NCBI RefSeq assembly: GCF_006345805.1
Contig: NC_043006.1
Span: forward strand, 66,030,001-66,094,000
Direction of reading: 5' to 3'
From: Octopus sinensis
Lineage: Eukaryota
Length of the DNA: 64,000 nucleotides
Made by a program: the position numbers and the translations under genes. Below the pieces are notes generated by a model, which was not told the origin of the DNA, ran no database searches, and saw only the letters and a list, made by a program, of their open reading frames with translations. Of the stretch, positions 51,969 to 64,000 are shown one piece after another (the stretch's first letter is position 1; each line of letters starts with the position of its first letter).

Positions 51969-53035
51969 ACAGGTATACCTCGGCTTAAGTTGTTTCAATT
52001 TAAGTCGTTCTCGATGATACGTCGTTTTTCAAAATTAATATATGGAAAAATTTAAATCAAATCTAGTCATTTTACTCGACTTTACGTCTGCCCGCTACAG
52101 ATATTTGAATCGTAAAATCACTAGAAAACCATTAAAAGTACATTCAATCATGTTACTATACTCTCTTGACCATCTTCCTTATCACTATACTTCATGCCAT
52201 GCTTCACACTGAGAAGACTATCAAATGGTGACCACATAGCAGTCACCTAGCCACACCATTCACCACTGTGTGTGTGTATCAAGGGTTCTCAAAATCTTTT
52301 GGGCTGCTGCCTCCTTGACACTCAGGCCACACTCTAGTACCCCCACCCCCAACTTACCATCACAAATAAGAGAAAAGCATATAAAATCATGTTAAAATAT
52401 GTACAGTAAATGTTAAGATAGACAACATAAAGTAGTGTAGCTTAGTGGATGAAATCATGAAATCAGCTGTGTTGTCTTATTTATCGGTCTTTCGGAGCTC
52501 ATATTGCACTGTAGTTCCAATATCTACTGCTAGTGATTGTTTTGAATTGGGATTTGTTTACATGTGTTTATCGGCTACTTTCTCATTCATTTGTGACTTT
52601 ATTTTTTGCCCCCATGACTCCTAAGAAAATTCATAGTGAAAGTACTAAGCGTCTATGACAAAATGCCATGATAAAGGTGAAATAGTAGTAGCAGTTGCAC
52701 GATCTTTTGGGATGAGTCGGACAACTGTATTAACGACTGTACATAATAAGGACAAGATTTTAGTACATATCAAATCTGAAGCCCCCGGGAATGAAGAACA
52801 CTGTTATCAATAAGAGGCAAAATCTTTGAAGAAATGGAAAGTCTTCTTTCTCTTTGGATTGTTAGGTTGAATTGTCAGCACACTGCTATTAGTCAAGAAA
52901 TCATTCAAGAGAAAGTGTTGTCTTTATTTGAGGACCCAAAGAAAAAATATCCAAATGAGAGAGATGTAGAGTTCAAAGCAAGTCAAAGATAGTTCATGAG
53001 ATTTAAGTACAGAACTGGGAATGGTTATTATCAGT
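51969..53035 (+). mobile_element. Tigger/pogo relic (CENP-B-like HTH transposase N-terminus)
   Basis: TA-CAGGTATACCTCG end. 52640-53030 reads VARSFGMSRTTV..FEEMESLLSLWI..IIQEKVLSLFED..EFKASQ..FMRFK. Confidence 0.85.
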
Positions 53036-53197
53036 TTAGCCAAGTTTAGACAAGTAAATTTGGCCTAGCCTTGAGGTATGCCTGTACATTGTTGCTGGAT
53101 TGCTCTACCATCAGGAAAAAAAATGTTTCTACCATAGGATGGATGTGATCTGCCAAAATGCTTAGAAAATCCTTGGTACTCATTTCGCTATTTGTAA

Positions 53198-53452
<255 letters not shown>

Positions 53453-53756
53453 TAAAAATGATGAATAGCCTTAATCAGTTTTTAACTTTTATTGGGATCT
53501 CATCAGGGGTGTTTACATCACTTGACCTATCCCAGAGAAACAAGTAGTCATTCTGTTTATATACACATCAAATCTGGTAGCTTCAGAGAACTGGAGCAAC
53601 TAATTTGCATACCATTAGTAGTTTTTAACATGTAATTAAAACTCACTGAAAACCATGTGTATACATGTGGGAAATTATATGGAAGTACTGTGTATTCATG
53701 TAACCATGTATTTGGATGTGTGTGTGCATATATGTACACACACACATAGCCATGTA

Positions 53757-53810
<54 letters not shown>

Positions 53811-53865
53811 CACACAAAACTGCATGTGTGTGGTTAGGCAGTGTAGATGCTAATGCAGTGCATAG

Positions 53866-54090
<225 letters not shown>

Positions 54091-54383
54091 TAACATTTTT
54101 CTCTTGTTTAACTGTTCCTTCAGTTTATCTTCTGCCACCAGATCCTCTTCATTTGGTCATTTATTCTCAACACCACACTTGTGCAAGTATTTTCGTTGGA
54201 GCAATTCTGTGACAGCTAGATAGATACCACATCTTCCTTGCACCATCTCCACTATACTCTCTTGACCATCTTCCTTATCACTATACTCCATGCCATGCTT
54301 CACACCGAGAAGACTATCAAATGGTGACCACATGGCAGTCACCTCTAGCCACACCATTCACCACTGTGTGTGTGTGTATATAT

Positions 54384-54638
54384 CAAGGGTTCTCAAACTC
54401 GTTTGGGCTGCTGCCCCCTTGACACTCAGGCCACACTCCTAGTGCTTCTACCCCCAACTTACCATCACAAACATAGACCTCTTTCTGAAGTAAATTCAAA
54501 GCAACTGTATTTCACAAATAAAACTTAACCTAACAAACCCATTATTTTGTTGTTTTTACATGAATTGTTACCCCATTATCACCCCACTTTTTTTCACCAA
54601 CCCTTTAGGGGTAACACCACTCACTTTGGAAACCACTG
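54384..54638. mobile_element. hAT (Charlie-type) MITE
   Basis: CAAGGGTTCTCAAA ... TTTGGAAACCACTG with an 8-bp GTGTATAT duplication. Similar relics lie at about 16867-17115 and 3040-3140. Confidence 0.75.
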
Positions 54639-55477
54639 GTGTATATGGTGGAAGAGAACTAGTGACTGAATAAGACCACTTCCTGAACTCAGTAAGTCCA
54701 TGTAAATGATCTGAGAGTTCAAGAAATTCCTGTGCAAGAATTTCTTTTGAGTGAACAAAGTATTGTTCCCAACTTTGATCCTCCATAAATCCTAAATTTT
54801 ATTTTAGAATTAATGGGAGCAACTGTCTATGAAGACTCATATTGTAATTAAACGCTTGAAATGATGAGTAGATAGACAGTCAACAACTAATGAAGGGTCG
54901 TTTCTGTGCTTACTTGTCCCGATTTCCATTTTTTCTCTCGTTTATGTATTTAACTCATTTGTCTACGTATTTCATTTTGTTGATGTCCTGTACTCATATA
55001 TATATATGTATATATATATATCAGTGTTTGTTTTTGCGTAGATTACAGGAAAAGCAATTTGACATAAAAGAATTGCTCTACTTCTTGGATAATCTATATT
55101 ATCTTTTTACTTGGGGAGTGGCTAAAGTTTTGGTCTGCTAACCTTTGTCAGGCAGTCCGATGGAAGCTAGCAGGCCAAAACTTTGAGGTTACTGTCAACT
55201 GCTTGCCATGTAACTATATTTTTAATTGTGATAAACTACAGCTGTTAACAAAAACAGTATCATCCTCTCGTAAGATTTCCACATTAAGTCCTAATGCATA
55301 TGTTGTCAGGGAACAATAAAAAATAAGAACCTACACTATCCTAGGTTAACAAAACAAGAGAAAAAAAAATTAACCTAATTGAGGGACCTCCCTCATCAGC
55401 TGCCAATTGGATACCATTGTGGTTTCAACACCTTTTTTAAAAATCTCTACATATGTATTGTATAATATATATTTCAG

Positions 55478-55531
55478 GTGATGCAGAAGGACTCCGAAAA
55501 GAATATGTCCATCAAGAAACAGTGGAAATAA
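55478..55531 (+). CDS. PSMC5: PSMC5 exon 13 (VMQKDSEKNMSIKKQWK*)
   Basis: CAG acceptor and TAA stop. Completes the 407-aa ORF. Confidence 0.97.
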   Translation: MMQKDSEKNMSIKKQWK

Positions 55532-55965
55532 ATCACTCATGATGAAGCATCTTCGACAGTTGCAGTTACTATTAAGTACCATCATTATAATTATTGTGCA
55601 TCACAACAGAAGCAGCAGCAACCAAACTTTCTTGTACTGAATGGTGGTGGATGTCTGTGGATGTGTTTGATATATATATTAAAGATCTTAGTGTATAGCT
55701 ATGTGTAATATATATATCTATATAAAATGTGTGTCTATAAACACATTCACATATGTTTTATTATATAATTGTTGACACCAGACACTGGTGATGTGAAAGG
55801 TGACTGCTGTTTTCTTCCCTTCATCTTGTCTTCATCTTTTAGAATTTATTATATCACTACAACAAGAAAACAACAAAAAAAACTGTTTCAATAATAAAGA
55901 CATATATATATATATATCAAATATATATACACATATGTATATACATTTACTTTGTGTTTTTGTTC
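55532..55965 (+). terminator. PSMC5: Probable PSMC5 3'UTR and polyadenylation region
   Basis: AATAAA at 55893-55898 followed by a GT-rich tract near 55950. Another AATAAA overlaps the stop codon. Confidence 0.55.
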
Positions 55966-56898
55966 TTTACGTTGCTTAATTTTTTTTTTTTGTGGACATA
56001 TTTGTTCCTGTGTGTATGTTATATATATAACCAAAAGGCACAGTTGTGGCTGTGTGGTTAAGAAGTTTGGTCCCCATCTACATGATTTTAGGTTCAATCC
56101 AGCTCCAAGTAAATGGATTTGGTTGATGGAAATTGAAAGAAGCCCATCATATATGTGTGTGTGTGTTTTATTTGTTTCAGTCATTTGACTGCAGCCATGA
56201 AGGATTTTAGTCAAATTGACCCCAGGACTTATTTTTTAAAACCTAGTACTTATTCTATCAGTCTCTTTTGCCATATGGCTAAGTTACGGGGACATAAAGG
56301 CACTAACATCGGTTGTCAAGCAGTGATGGAGGGACACAGACATACACATAGATACATACATAAATATATAAGATGGGCTTTCAGTTTTTGTTTACCAAAT
56401 CCACTCACAAGGCTTTGGTCAGCCCGAGGCTTTAGAAGACACTTGCCGAAGGTGCCACGCAGTGAGATTGAACCCAGAACCATGTGGGTGGGAAGCAAGC
56501 TTCTTATTACACATACATATATGTACATACTTACATAAACTGTGTGAATATGTACGTATATTCTTTTCTACTCTAGGCACAAAGCCTGAAATTTTTAGGG
56601 AGGTGGGGACTAGTCAATTAGGTTGACTGCAGTACGCAACTGGTACTTAATTTATCGAGGATAAAAGGCAAAGTTGACCTCAGCAGAATTTAAACTCAGA
56701 ACATAAAGACAGACGAAATACCGCTAAACATTTTGCCCGGCGTGCTAATGTTTCTGCTAGCTCGCTACTGTGTACATATATTCTTTTCTGCTCTAGGCAT
56801 AAGGCTTGAAACTTTTGGGGAAGTGGCCAATCGATTACATTGACCCCAGTATGCAACTGGTACTTAATTTATCCAGCTCGCTGCCTTGTATGTATATT

Positions 56899-57193
56899 CA
56901 TTATTTACATTTGACTGATATTTGTCCTCATCTTGCTTGTTAACATAATATTTCGGCTGATATACCCTCCAGCCTTCATCAGGTGTCTTGGGGAAATTTC
57001 GAACCAGGGTTCTCATTCCTAAGGTATTTTTTCAATGTTGTTATTATTACTATTATTATTATTCAGGTCACTGTCTGGAATTGAACTCGGAATCTTGGGG
57101 TTAGTAGCCCGCGTTGTGTTAACAAACAAGATGAGGACAAATATCTGTCAAATGTAAATAATGTGCATAATTCCTCATCTCTTAAATATAGAA
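56899..57193. mobile_element. Third inverted pair of the tRNA-head/hammerhead unit
   Basis: Minus arm 56899-57113 (hammerhead core at 56941-56987) is joined to a plus arm starting CGTTGTGTTAAC and ending TATAGAA. Confidence 0.8.
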
Positions 57194-57611
57194 TTGTTTG
57201 TATACTGTATACTTGAAAACAAGTGAGGTTAAGTGACAGGATGGTCAAGCAGTTGAAGAAAATCTACCTCAATAAATTGGGTGATCCATGCAAGCATGAA
57301 AAAGTTAAAGCTAAATGTTGATCTGTGTGTCTGTGACTGATAAGTCAGAGACACAAATTTGAATGATGTATAATGACTAAGCAGCATCCATTACTAATCC
57401 ACAGTCACATTATCATGTTTGTGAATTTCCTATTGTTAAAAACAAAATGGAGAGAGAGAAAGAAATTGTTGGTTTCAGGAAATAATAAAACACAAGTCAA
57501 ATCTTGTGAGGATCAGGATTTCATACAACTTGTACTGAATAAAAAGCTGCTAGTGGAAAGGTGTTTTAGAGGTGAGGGGTAGTTGTAAATCTTTGGTAAT
57601 CAACGTGACTC

Positions 57612-57839
57612 ATCTCTTTTACTCTTTTATTTGTTTCAGTCATTTGACTGTGGCCATCCTGGAGCACCGCCTTTTAGTTGAGCAAATCGATCCCAAGAAT
57701 TATTCTTTGTAAGCCTAGTACTTATTCTATCGGTCTCTTTTGCCGAACTGCTGAGTTATGGGGACGTAAACACACCAGCATTGGTTGTCAAGCGATGGTG
57801 AGGGGTCAAACACAGACACGCACATATACACACATAGAT

Positions 57840-57871
<32 letters not shown>

Positions 57872-58058
57872 TATATATACACACACATATATACGACGGG
57901 CTTCTTTCAGTTTCCGTCTACCAAATCCACTCACAAGGTTTTGGTCGGCCCGAGTCTATATTATAAGGCACTTGCCCAAAGATGCCACGCATTGGGAATG
58001 AATTCGGAACCATGTGGTTGGTAAGCAAGCTACTTACCACACAGCCACTCCTACGCCT
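57612..58058 (-). mobile_element. tRNA-derived SINE family A, full length
   Basis: Complete head AGGCGTAGGAGTGGCTGTGTGG through to the tail. Confidence 0.88.
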
Positions 58059-58454
58059 ATTGATTTTCGTTAAGAAATGTTGCTAGTGCCCAGGAGATGG
58101 AGTTTTTGTCATTTCCAACAATAGACAAACAAGGCAGACCGTATGAGTGTAAGAGAAGAGTGACAGCTGGTTTGAAATTAAGAGAGAGATGAATGTTGTA
58201 CAATGGAGAAGTTGTGGCTGATAAGTATCAGTATGGGAACGAGAAGGTAAAGGAAATTATTGGGGATAGTGGAAGTACAGGAAAGATGGAGAGCAAACAG
58301 TGTAATAAACCAGTAGATAGAAAGTAAGGAGAGAGATGGAGGACAGAGGTACGTTATGGAGGTCATAGTGAGTATATCGTCGATGTTTTTAGAAGACGTA
58401 AAACTGATGATTCTTTGTCTGTCTGTCAGTCTCTGTCAGTCTCTCTCATATATA

Positions 58455-59070
58455 TCATCATCATCATCATCATCATCATTTAGCGTCCGCTTTCCATGCT
58501 AGCATGGGTTGGACGGGTCAACTGGGGTCTGTGAAGCTGGAAGGCTTCGTCAGGCCCAGTCAGATCTGGCAGTGTTTCTACGGCTGGATGCCCTTCCTAA
58601 CGCCAACCACTCCGCGAGTGTAGTGGGTGTTTTTTACGTGCCACCTGCACAGGTGCCAGACAGAGCTGGCGAACGGCCACAAACGGATGGTGCTTTTACG
58701 TGCCAGGCAATGCTGGCAACGGACACGAACGGATGGTGCTTTTACGTGCCACCGACACGGGGCCAGACAGAGCTGGCAAACGGCCACGAACGGACTGTGC
58801 TTTTACGTGTCACCGGCACAGGGGGCCAGCCGAGGCTGGCAATGGACACGAACAGATGGTGCTTTTACGTGCCACCGACACGGTTGCCAGACAGAGCTGG
58901 CAAACGGCCACGAGCGGACGGTGCTTTTACGTGTCACCGACACGGGGCCAGACAGAGCTGGCAAACGGCCACGAACGGACGGTGCTTTTACGTGTCACCG
59001 GCACGGGGCCAGACAGAGCTAGCAAACGGCCACGAGTGAATGGTGCTTTTACGTATCACCGACACGGGTG
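58455..59070 (-). mobile_element. RTE 3'UTR with 7-8 tandem ~61-bp units
   Basis: GGTGCTTTTACGTG.CACCG.CACGGGGCCAGACAGAGCTGGCAAACGGCCACGAACGGA repeats, CpG-rich. Confidence 0.85.
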
Positions 59071-59439
59071 CCAGACGAGTCTTTTGTTTCAGTCATTTGA
59101 CTGTGGCCATGTTGGAGCATTGCCTTTAGTCGAGCAAATCGAACCCAGGACTTATTCTTTGCAAGCCTAGTACTTATTTTATCGGCCTCTTTTGCCGAAC
59201 TGCTAAGTTATAGGAACGTAAACACACCAGCATCGGTTGTCAAGCGATGTGGGGGGGGGATACAAATACACACACACACACACATATATATATACATACA
59301 TACGACGAGCCCATTCACAAGGCTTTGGTCGGCCCGAGGCTATAGTAGAAGAGACTTGCCCAAGGTGCCACGCAGTGGGACTGAACCCGGAACCATGTGG
59401 TTGGTAAGCAAGCTACTTACCACACAGCCACTCCTATAT

Positions 59440-59482
<43 letters not shown>

Positions 59483-59547
59483 AACAATGGAAGCAGTATT
59501 AATGCTGAATGACAATCTTTATATTCCACTTAACGTGGATGTTATTA

Positions 59548-59945
59548 GTAAGTCGAATATTGTGGCATTCGCCTTGAGAGATCCTTTCATATAAACGTAA
59601 GGAGCTAAGAGCACAGGCATATATCGTTAGCAGACGACAACCGACTGGTATGGGGGCCGGAACTGCTAGATCACGTGATTTCAGCGTACTGTGCTTCCTC
59701 AGTGGCAGCGTCCGCTTGCCTCATCAACCAAATCTCATTGCCAAGAATATATAGAATAACAATGATATCGCAAATAGCCAGCAGTCTTGCCACTGAGGAC
59801 GCACGGTACACTGAAATCATGTGATCTGGCAGTTCCGGCGCCCACGTCAGATGGTTCTCGTCTGCTAATATATCTCTGTCCTCAGCACCGTATGACTATG
59901 TAAGAGGATCTCTCAAGGCGAATACTGCACTATATTCGGCACTCT
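59548..59945. mobile_element. GC-rich fold-back element (about 165-bp imperfect arms)
   Basis: CGAATAT..ATTCGCCTTGAGAGATCCT..GCCGGAACTGCTAGATCACGTGATTTCAG is mirrored on the right. Confidence 0.75.
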
Positions 59946-59955
59946 AAGGCACTTT

Positions 59956-60188
59956 AAGGCGGCGAGCTGGCAGAAACGTTAGCACGCTGGGCGGAATGCG
60001 TTGCCGTATTTCGTTTGCCGTTACGTTCCGAGTTCAAATTCCGCCGAGGTGGACTTTGCCTTTCATCCTTCCGGGGTCAATAAATTAAGTACCAGTTACG
60101 CACTGGGGTCGATGTAATCGACTTAATCCCTTTGTCTGTCCTTGTTTGTCTCCTCTGTGTTTAGCCCCTTGTGGGTAGTAAAGAAATA
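59956..60188 (+). mobile_element. tRNA-derived SINE family B, young full-length copy
   Basis: GGCGGCGAGCTGGCAGAAAC..GAGTTCAAATTCCGCCGAGG..GTAAAGAAATA with CpGs retained. Confidence 0.9.
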
Positions 60189-60241
60189 TATATTCGGCAG
60201 TCTAATATTAATTGTACGTTAAGTAGGATATAAAGATCAGC

Positions 60242-60730
<489 letters not shown>

Positions 60731-61618
60731 AAAGAATTATATATATATATGAAACTAAACAAATATGACGAAAGAACTGAAAATTATGCAATGAACTTCA
60801 CTAGCTTAGAGCTGTTTCTGCTGCCAGATACAATGCGCTCAGAGCATTTTTAGTTCCTTTGTCATTTAATTTCTTATTACGTTCTGTACTCAACTAACGC
60901 TGTATTCTGAACCGTACGTATGTATACTGAGTCTAACACCACGTTACTAGTATTGCAATTCCCGAGCGAAGCATTAATACACATATGGGCGTGTATGGAT
61001 GTATATGTGATTATGTCTCTTTACCTTGATTACTGCGCAGTATTTATAACTGAGTGTCACCGGTCATACGAGCTTGTGTCATGCCATGAGGAAATATCCG
61101 GAAATAGGTAAAGGTCGGCAACAGAAGGGCAAGTAACAATTCTGTATGATCCATGCAAACCTGAAAAAAGTGAACGTTAAAGAGATTCATCATTATATAT
61201 ATATCTGTTTCAGTCATTTGACGGCGGCCATGATAGAGCACCACCTTTAGTGGAACAAATCGACCCCAGGACTTATTCTTTGTAAGCCTGTACTTATTCT
61301 ATCGGTCTCTTTTACCGAACCGCTAAGTTACGGGTACGTAAACACCAAAATCGGTTGTCAAGCGACGGTGGTAGGGGACAAACGCAGACACACAAACATT
61401 ATATATATATCTATATATACGAAAGGCTTCGTTCAGTTTCCGTCTACCAAATCCACTCAAGGCTTTCGACAGCCCGAGGCTATAGTAGAAGACACTTGCC
61501 CAGGGTTTGAACCAGGGATTGAACTATAAATTCAATTATATTCAGATTCAAGAAATGTGTTGAAACGAACGTAACCAAAGAACTAAAGGTCATATTATTA
61601 ATTTCGACTTTATATAAA

Positions 61619-62496
61619 CGTGGTCTGATCAATAAGTATCCGGACTGTCGTCATAGTAACGAAGCTAAAATATGCAGAGTGAAGCCACTTGACACAGATT
61701 GACCTTGAACTCTGCTGTGCATGTGCACTAAGTTTAAATGTTCTAGCTCACTTCCGTTTAGAAGGAAGGTGTGTAGCGTGTGATCGCATTGACCATGACA
61801 AAGATAGTTGAGCAGAGAATTTGCATCGAATTTTGCCAATAGCTTGGCGATACCTGCTCAGAGGCCTACACAAAGTTTTCATCGTTCCCGACACAACCAA
61901 GGAGATCTTGTGCAACTGATACCCAAATGTCTTTTCGGTCAGCTGAAAGCAGTTTTGGTACAAACTTGGCAGACACGCGTCTCATACCGGAATCTTCAAT
62001 AATAATGGACTGAACTGAACCGTAACTAATCTGTATATCCTCTGATAACTCAAGGATGGGGATTCAACAAATTTCTCTCACAACTGCACCACATCTGCGA
62101 TGTTTTATAAGTTGTGTTGGTTGTGGGTCTCCCAGAACGTTCATCAATATCGACATTTTTTCGGCTATGTTGGAAATGTTCGAACCACTCGTACACTTGT
62201 GTGCGGCTCATACACTCCTCTCCATACACTTTCTGCAACTTTGCGTAGGCCCCTGAGCAGGTATCACCATGATAACTTTCTTTGTCATAGCCAATGCGAC
62301 GATCACACGCTACACACCTTCCTTCCAAGCACAGCTGTAAAAGCGGAAGTGAGTTAGAATGTTAAAACTGAGTGTGCATGCGCAGCAAAGTTTAAGGTCA
62401 ATCCTTGCCAAGCGGCTTCACTCTGTGTGCTTTAGTTTCATGTGCTTTAGTTTCATTACTATGCAAACAGTCCGGATACTTATTGATCAGACTTCG
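61619..62496 (-). mobile_element. Mariner derivative with two 5' ends
   Basis: TIRs GTCTGATCAATAAGTATCCGGACTG at both ends. Transposase N-terminus on both strands. Confidence 0.85.
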
Positions 62497-62608
62497 TATA
62501 TATATATATAAAACTTACTTGGAAGAGGATGCGTGGCGTTCAATCATCTAATAATATAAATAATATATATATGCATATATACATACGTATATGTACATAC
62601 ATCTATGC

Positions 62609-62665
<57 letters not shown>

Positions 62666-62669
<4 letters not shown>

Positions 62670-63037
62670 TATGTGGGCACAGGACGTCTCGAAACTTGTA
62701 CAACAAAAAGAAAATACGAAGTACGAGTACATGGAATATGAACTATTTTTTTCGAACAACGAGAGACACAAACAGAAAACAAGACAAACAACATAAAGAA
62801 CGACCCTTCATCAGTTGTTGAGAGCAACTGTTTTATCGAAAGCTTATACTATTGTTAAATGCTAAAAATACGAGAGTAAAAAAAAAACAGCCAACAACTG
62901 ATGAAGGGTCGTTCTTTAAGTTGTTTGTCTTGTTTTCCGTTTGTGTCTTTCGTTATTCGAAAAAATAGCTCATATTCCATGTACTCGTACTTCGTATTTT
63001 TTGTTGTATACGTTTCATGAAGTCCTGTGCCCACACA

Positions 63038-63041
<4 letters not shown>
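62666..63041. mobile_element. Fold-back element between (TA)n tracts
   Basis: About 150-bp arms (62666-62820 / 62894-63041). Confidence 0.8.
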
Positions 63042-63104
<63 letters not shown>

Positions 63105-63112
<8 letters not shown>

Positions 63113-63495
63113 AAAGAGTTGTGTGTCTGTCTCCTACGATTTAGATTCCTAACTACTCCCACATTTTGCGGTGCAGTTTAACCAAAACCGGGTATCTTAT
63201 AGTCATGATTCATATCGAGCCCTTCTGGGTATTAGCGCGCGTCTACGATGAGTCTACGATTTAAAAAAAAATTACCATCATTTTTTTCCATTTTAATGCA
63301 TTTTTTCGCTATTATATAAGGGAAGTAACTATCTAAAAATGTCTAAGATGAGTCAACGGTTTTTAAAAAAATTTACCATAATTTTTTTTCCATTTTTAAT
63401 GCATTTTTTTGCTATTTTTTGGCTATAACTCTCTAAAAATGCTTATATAGTTATTTCCCTTACAAACCCAAGCAACGCCGGGCAATACTGCTAGT
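63105..63495 (-). mobile_element. Second Helitron-like element copy
   Basis: Reverse complement matches 271-897 without the 505-735 segment. Confidence 0.6.
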
Positions 63496-63611
63496 ATATA
63501 TATATAATATAAATTAGAGATAAAACCACTATTATGCAATTCAAACAATGATAGACATAAACCAAAACACAAATAACAAATAAAAAATATTTTTATAAAA
63601 TGAATATATAT

Positions 63612-63648
<37 letters not shown>

Positions 63649-64000
63649 TCCAAGAAAGTTAGAGGTTGTGAATCCAACCAAGGGATAATATCTAACCATT
63701 ATATTGCTGGTAGAATACCCAATTATTAATACACCTGTGTTCTTTTTATTGCATTGCAATTACATTACCGAGTGTAATAAATGGGTGAAGGTAAAGAGAT
63801 ATTTTACCATTAATTTATAGGGCAATAAGAAAATGGAGAGGATCAATAGGTGGTATTCATCAACTTTTAGACATTATATTATGTCTATTTATTTATTTAT
63901 TTATTTATTTATTTACTGACAATTATTTATTGACAATTAAAACAATATACATACATGTATAACATATTATGCTTTACATATACAATATATAGATACCAGT

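Noticed and set aside
62895-62970. CTGATGA motif as a hammerhead in the 62666-63041 fold-back
   Set aside because: There is no stem II closing onto a GAAA and no NUH site in register.

Overview
AT-rich, microsatellite- and repeat-dense eukaryotic DNA. The SINE/RTE repeat landscape suggests an octopod cephalopod (inference from recognised repeat families). One complete protein-coding gene is supported: PSMC5/Rpt6 (26S proteasome AAA-ATPase), + strand, 13 coding exons from 29977 to 55531. All introns are GT-AG, and the exons join to 1224 nt (407 aa plus stop). It carries three substitutions at normally conserved sites, including Ser120->Cys. The rest is mostly transposon debris: tRNA-derived SINEs, RTE LINEs, mariner/Tc1/Tigger/hAT/piggyBac relics, Helitron-like elements, several fold-back MITEs (two with TTAGGG arrays), and 16-, 28- and ~61-bp minisatellites. 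The most interesting system is a Penelope-like retroelement. Its terminal unit combines a tRNA-like Pol III promoter with a minimal hammerhead ribozyme, and it inserts as inverted fold-back pairs with target-site duplications. A separate hammerhead with a fully canonical core lies on the sense strand of PSMC5 intron 4. Several antisense coding-like relics in PSMC5 introns are reported with low confidence.
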